DNA of 39,060 bases from an uncultured Dehalococcoidales bacterium. Its GTDB lineage: Bacteria; Chloroflexota; Dehalococcoidia; Dehalococcoidales; JAUYDJ01. The notes below the pieces were generated by a model. It made no database searches, was not told where the DNA came from, and saw nothing but the letters and a program-made list of their open reading frames with translations. The DNA is taken from positions 1 to 39,060 of the forward strand of contig CAYFGR010000004.1 of NCBI GenBank assembly GCA_964343135.1, given 5' to 3'. Positions 36,758 to 39,060 of the stretch are shown piece by piece. The translations under genes and the position numbers were made by a program. The first letter of the stretch is position 1; every line of letters starts with the position of its first letter.

Positions 36758-38049
36758 GCCTGGAGTTAATAACTATTTTCCTTCTAGGCGGCCTGCTTCT
36801 TCTGTTGATTATTGGGACGGAAATCTTCGTGGCGATGGCGATAGTGGGCGGTCTCGGGCTATGGTTTATTGTTGGGCAAGGTCCGGGTCAATTTGCCCGG
36901 ACCGCCTTTTTATTCATGGATTCATTTGTTCTTACCGCCATGCCGCTTTTCATATTTATGGGTTCGATATTTGCCAATACCGGCATCACCCGGTATCTCT
37001 TCACCGGCGCCGATAAAATTCTTGGTGGTTTACCCGGAGGTGTGGCCTGTTCCGTCATCGGCGCTGCTGGCGTCTTTGGCGCTATAGCTGGCTCCACGGT
37101 AGCCTCCGCGGCTACTTTCGGCAAGATTGCCTACCCTGATATGGAAAGATTGGGCTATCACCCCAGGCTGGCCCTCGGCTCAATAGCCATAGGGGGCACT
37201 CTGGCCGTTCTTATCCCGCCCAGTATCATTCTGATTGTCTATGGTTTCTGGGAAAGGGTTTCCGTAGCCAAGCTCTTCGCCGGTGCCATAATACCCGGGA
37301 TAATACTGGTATCACTCCTCGTACTTACGGTTATCGTGCAGGTGAAGCTCAAGCCTAGCATGGCACCAAGTCCACCTAAAATTACCTGGCGGGAAAGACT
37401 ATCGGCGGTAAAGGATATAACACCATTTGCGATAGTCATAATTACGGTATTGGGGGTGATTTTCGGAGGTGTTATGACCCCTACTGAAGCGGCCTCCCTG
37501 GGCGCTCTCGGCAGCATTGTTCTCGCCCTGGCATACCGGAGAATGACCTTCGTCGCGCTTAAAGAAAGTATGTGGAGCACGGCGAAGATAACATCAATGA
37601 TTGCCTTTGTCATCTTCACGGCCAAGGTACTAGGCATACTCTTTGCCCAGATAGGGCTTACCGAGTTATTCGCCGCCTTTATGACAGACCTGCCTTTCGG
37701 CAAGTATGGTATATGGGTCGTTGTCTGTGTAATGTACCTTATCATGGGCATGTTCTTTGATACCATTTCCATGCTGCTACTGACCCTTCCCTTTATCAGC
37801 CCGCTTATGGCGGAGTTAGGTTTTGACCCCATCTGGTTTGGCGTAACTTATGTGGTGCTAGGTGAGATTGGGATAGTTACCCCGCCCTTCGGTTTGAATC
37901 TGTTTGTTCTCCATAGTGTTGTTCCCAAGCACGATATCATGGTCATTGCCCTCGGTGCTCTACCTTTCGTGATTCCGACACTGCTTATGGTAGTGGTACT
38001 GACGGTTTTCCCCCAGCTTGTCCTGTGGTTACCCCGCCTACTCTACTGA
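36754..38049 (+). CDS. dctM: TRAP large permease
   Basis: AMPLFIFMG, GTLAVLIPPS, TPTEAA, DPIWFG, TPPFGLNLF. Confidence 0.93.
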   Translation: MSLELITIFLLGGLLLLLIIGTEIFVAMAIVGGLGLWFIVGQGPGQFARTAFLFMDSFVLTAMPLFIFMGSIFANTGITRYLFTGADKILGGLPGGVACSVIGAAGVFGAIAGSTVASAATFGKIAYPDMERLGYHPRLALGSIAIGGTLAVLIPPSIILIVYGFWERVSVAKLFAGAIIPGIILVSLLVLTVIVQVKLKPSMAPSPPKITWRERLSAVKDITPFAIVIITVLGVIFGGVMTPTEAASLGALGSIVLALAYRRMTFVALKESMWSTAKITSMIAFVIFTAKVLGILFAQIGLTELFAAFMTDLPFGKYGIWVVVCVMYLIMGMFFDTISMLLLTLPFISPLMAELGFDPIWFGVTYVVLGEIGIVTPPFGLNLFVLHSVVPKHDIMVIALGALPFVIPTLLMVVVLTVFPQLVLWLPRLLY

Positions 38050-38224
38050 TCAACCACGATTGAACTTAACCTGTGAATAACCTGCCTTCGGTGATAATAC
38101 CGGTTAATGTTCCGTAGCTTCACTTTCTTATCTTTTTAAATATTCAGCATTATTGTGAAGCAATATTAAGATGAATTGTTCAGTGGGTTACAGGCTGGCT
38201 TTTAGTTTGGCTCACAACCTTAAC

Positions 38225-39060
38225 TTAAGTCTCGGTGGTACTCTTCGCTTTCTCAAACTCTCGTTTCATCCTCTCGAGTTCTATAGAAAGTCGCTCCCAT
38301 TCCTCAATGAGCGAGCTTATAACTTTCTTCAGTCGGTGATGTTTCTCGATGGTGGCGATGACCCGCGCGCTAACCCCATAATACCCTTCATCGGAAAACA
38401 AGCTCTCAACCTCTCTGAATTGTTGCTCAAACTTCGAAAGCTTAGCCTCGATTTCAGCTATTCGCTTTCTGGTGGGGGCACTCTCCCGGGAATACTTATT
38501 CCTTAGTTCCGCCTCGATTAGCTTACGCTGGCGCGGTCTATTATTTGTCGCACTTTTCCCGATAACCAGGGAGACCGGCACTTCGGAAATCTCGGACACT
38601 CCCTGTCCCAAAGACTCCTTCCAATTGAGGTAGTCATCATAATTTCCGGTTAATACGTACAGGTTGCCATCCTTTATCTCGATGATCTTATTGGCAATCT
38701 GGCGAATTAGCGTCCGGTCGTGGGTGATGAAACAAAGGCTTCCGCGATAGGCTTCCAGGGCATCGGCCAGTATCTCCCGCGAGGCAATGTCAAGGTGGTT
38801 AGTCGGCTCGTCCATCAGCAACATATTGGCTGATTGCACCAGCATCTTGGTTAGCACCAGACGGCTCTTCTCACCGCCGGAAAGGACGGATATTTTTTTA
38901 TAGACATCATCACCGCTGAAGAGAAAGGCGCCCAAAATCTTCCTTAGTTTCTGTTCCGGTTCATCTGGAACTGTGTTCTGCAATTCAGTAAGTATATTAT
39001 TTGTCGGATCGAGAAGCTCAAGCTGGTACTGGGCATAATAGGCAGTGATGACATTATGCC
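38225..39060 (-). CDS. ABC-F family ATP-binding protein (partial; 5' end outside window)
   Basis: Frame open to the window edge (AYYAQ); [25 protein letters not shown]-terminal coiled coil. Confidence 0.92.
   Translation of the reverse strand, partial: HNVITAYYAQYQLELLDPTNNILTELQNTVPDEPEQKLRKILGAFLFSGDDVYKKISVLSGGEKSRLVLTKMLVQSANMLLMDEPTNHLDIASREILADALEAYRGSLCFITHDRTLIRQIANKIIEIKDGNLYVLTGNYDDYLNWKESLGQGVSEISEVPVSLVIGKSATNNRPRQRKLIEAELRNKYSRESAPTRKRIAEIEAKLSKFEQQFREVESLFSDEGYYGVSARVIATIEKHHRLKKVISSLIEEWERLSIELERMKREFEKAKSTTET

Overview
Anaerobic bacterial chromosome segment, probably Dehalococcoidia/Chloroflexota (inferred from gene style, not proven). 1-11.1 kb looks like core genome: DUF1461 membrane protein, decayed DUF763 gene, GTP-PEPCK followed by a pyruvate-carboxylase-B remnant, an FMN glutamate-synthase-like protein, a five-gene minus-strand run, and tRNA-Leu(TAG). 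An apparent accessory region starts at the tRNA 3' end. It holds a serine-recombinase remnant fused to a HAAS-type N-terminus plus a PadR remnant, and an RNA/translation module (Zn-ribbon, bS21, two RRM proteins, DEAD-box helicase). Next is an hdrC-hdrB-giant hdrA-selenocysteine mvhD-metV operon lacking metF, bracketed by a 65-bp direct repeat. Last is a ~14-kb divergent catabolic cluster: xanthine-dehydrogenase-family L/M/S, OYE-type reductase, two amidohydrolase-fold enzymes, a PreA-like flavoprotein with a remodelled active site, an FAH-family enzyme and a TRAP transporter. This cluster is the best candidate for an undescribed system, an anaerobic N-heterocycle degradation pathway. An ABC-F gene runs off the right end. 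All calls come from motif recognition by eye; no searches were run.
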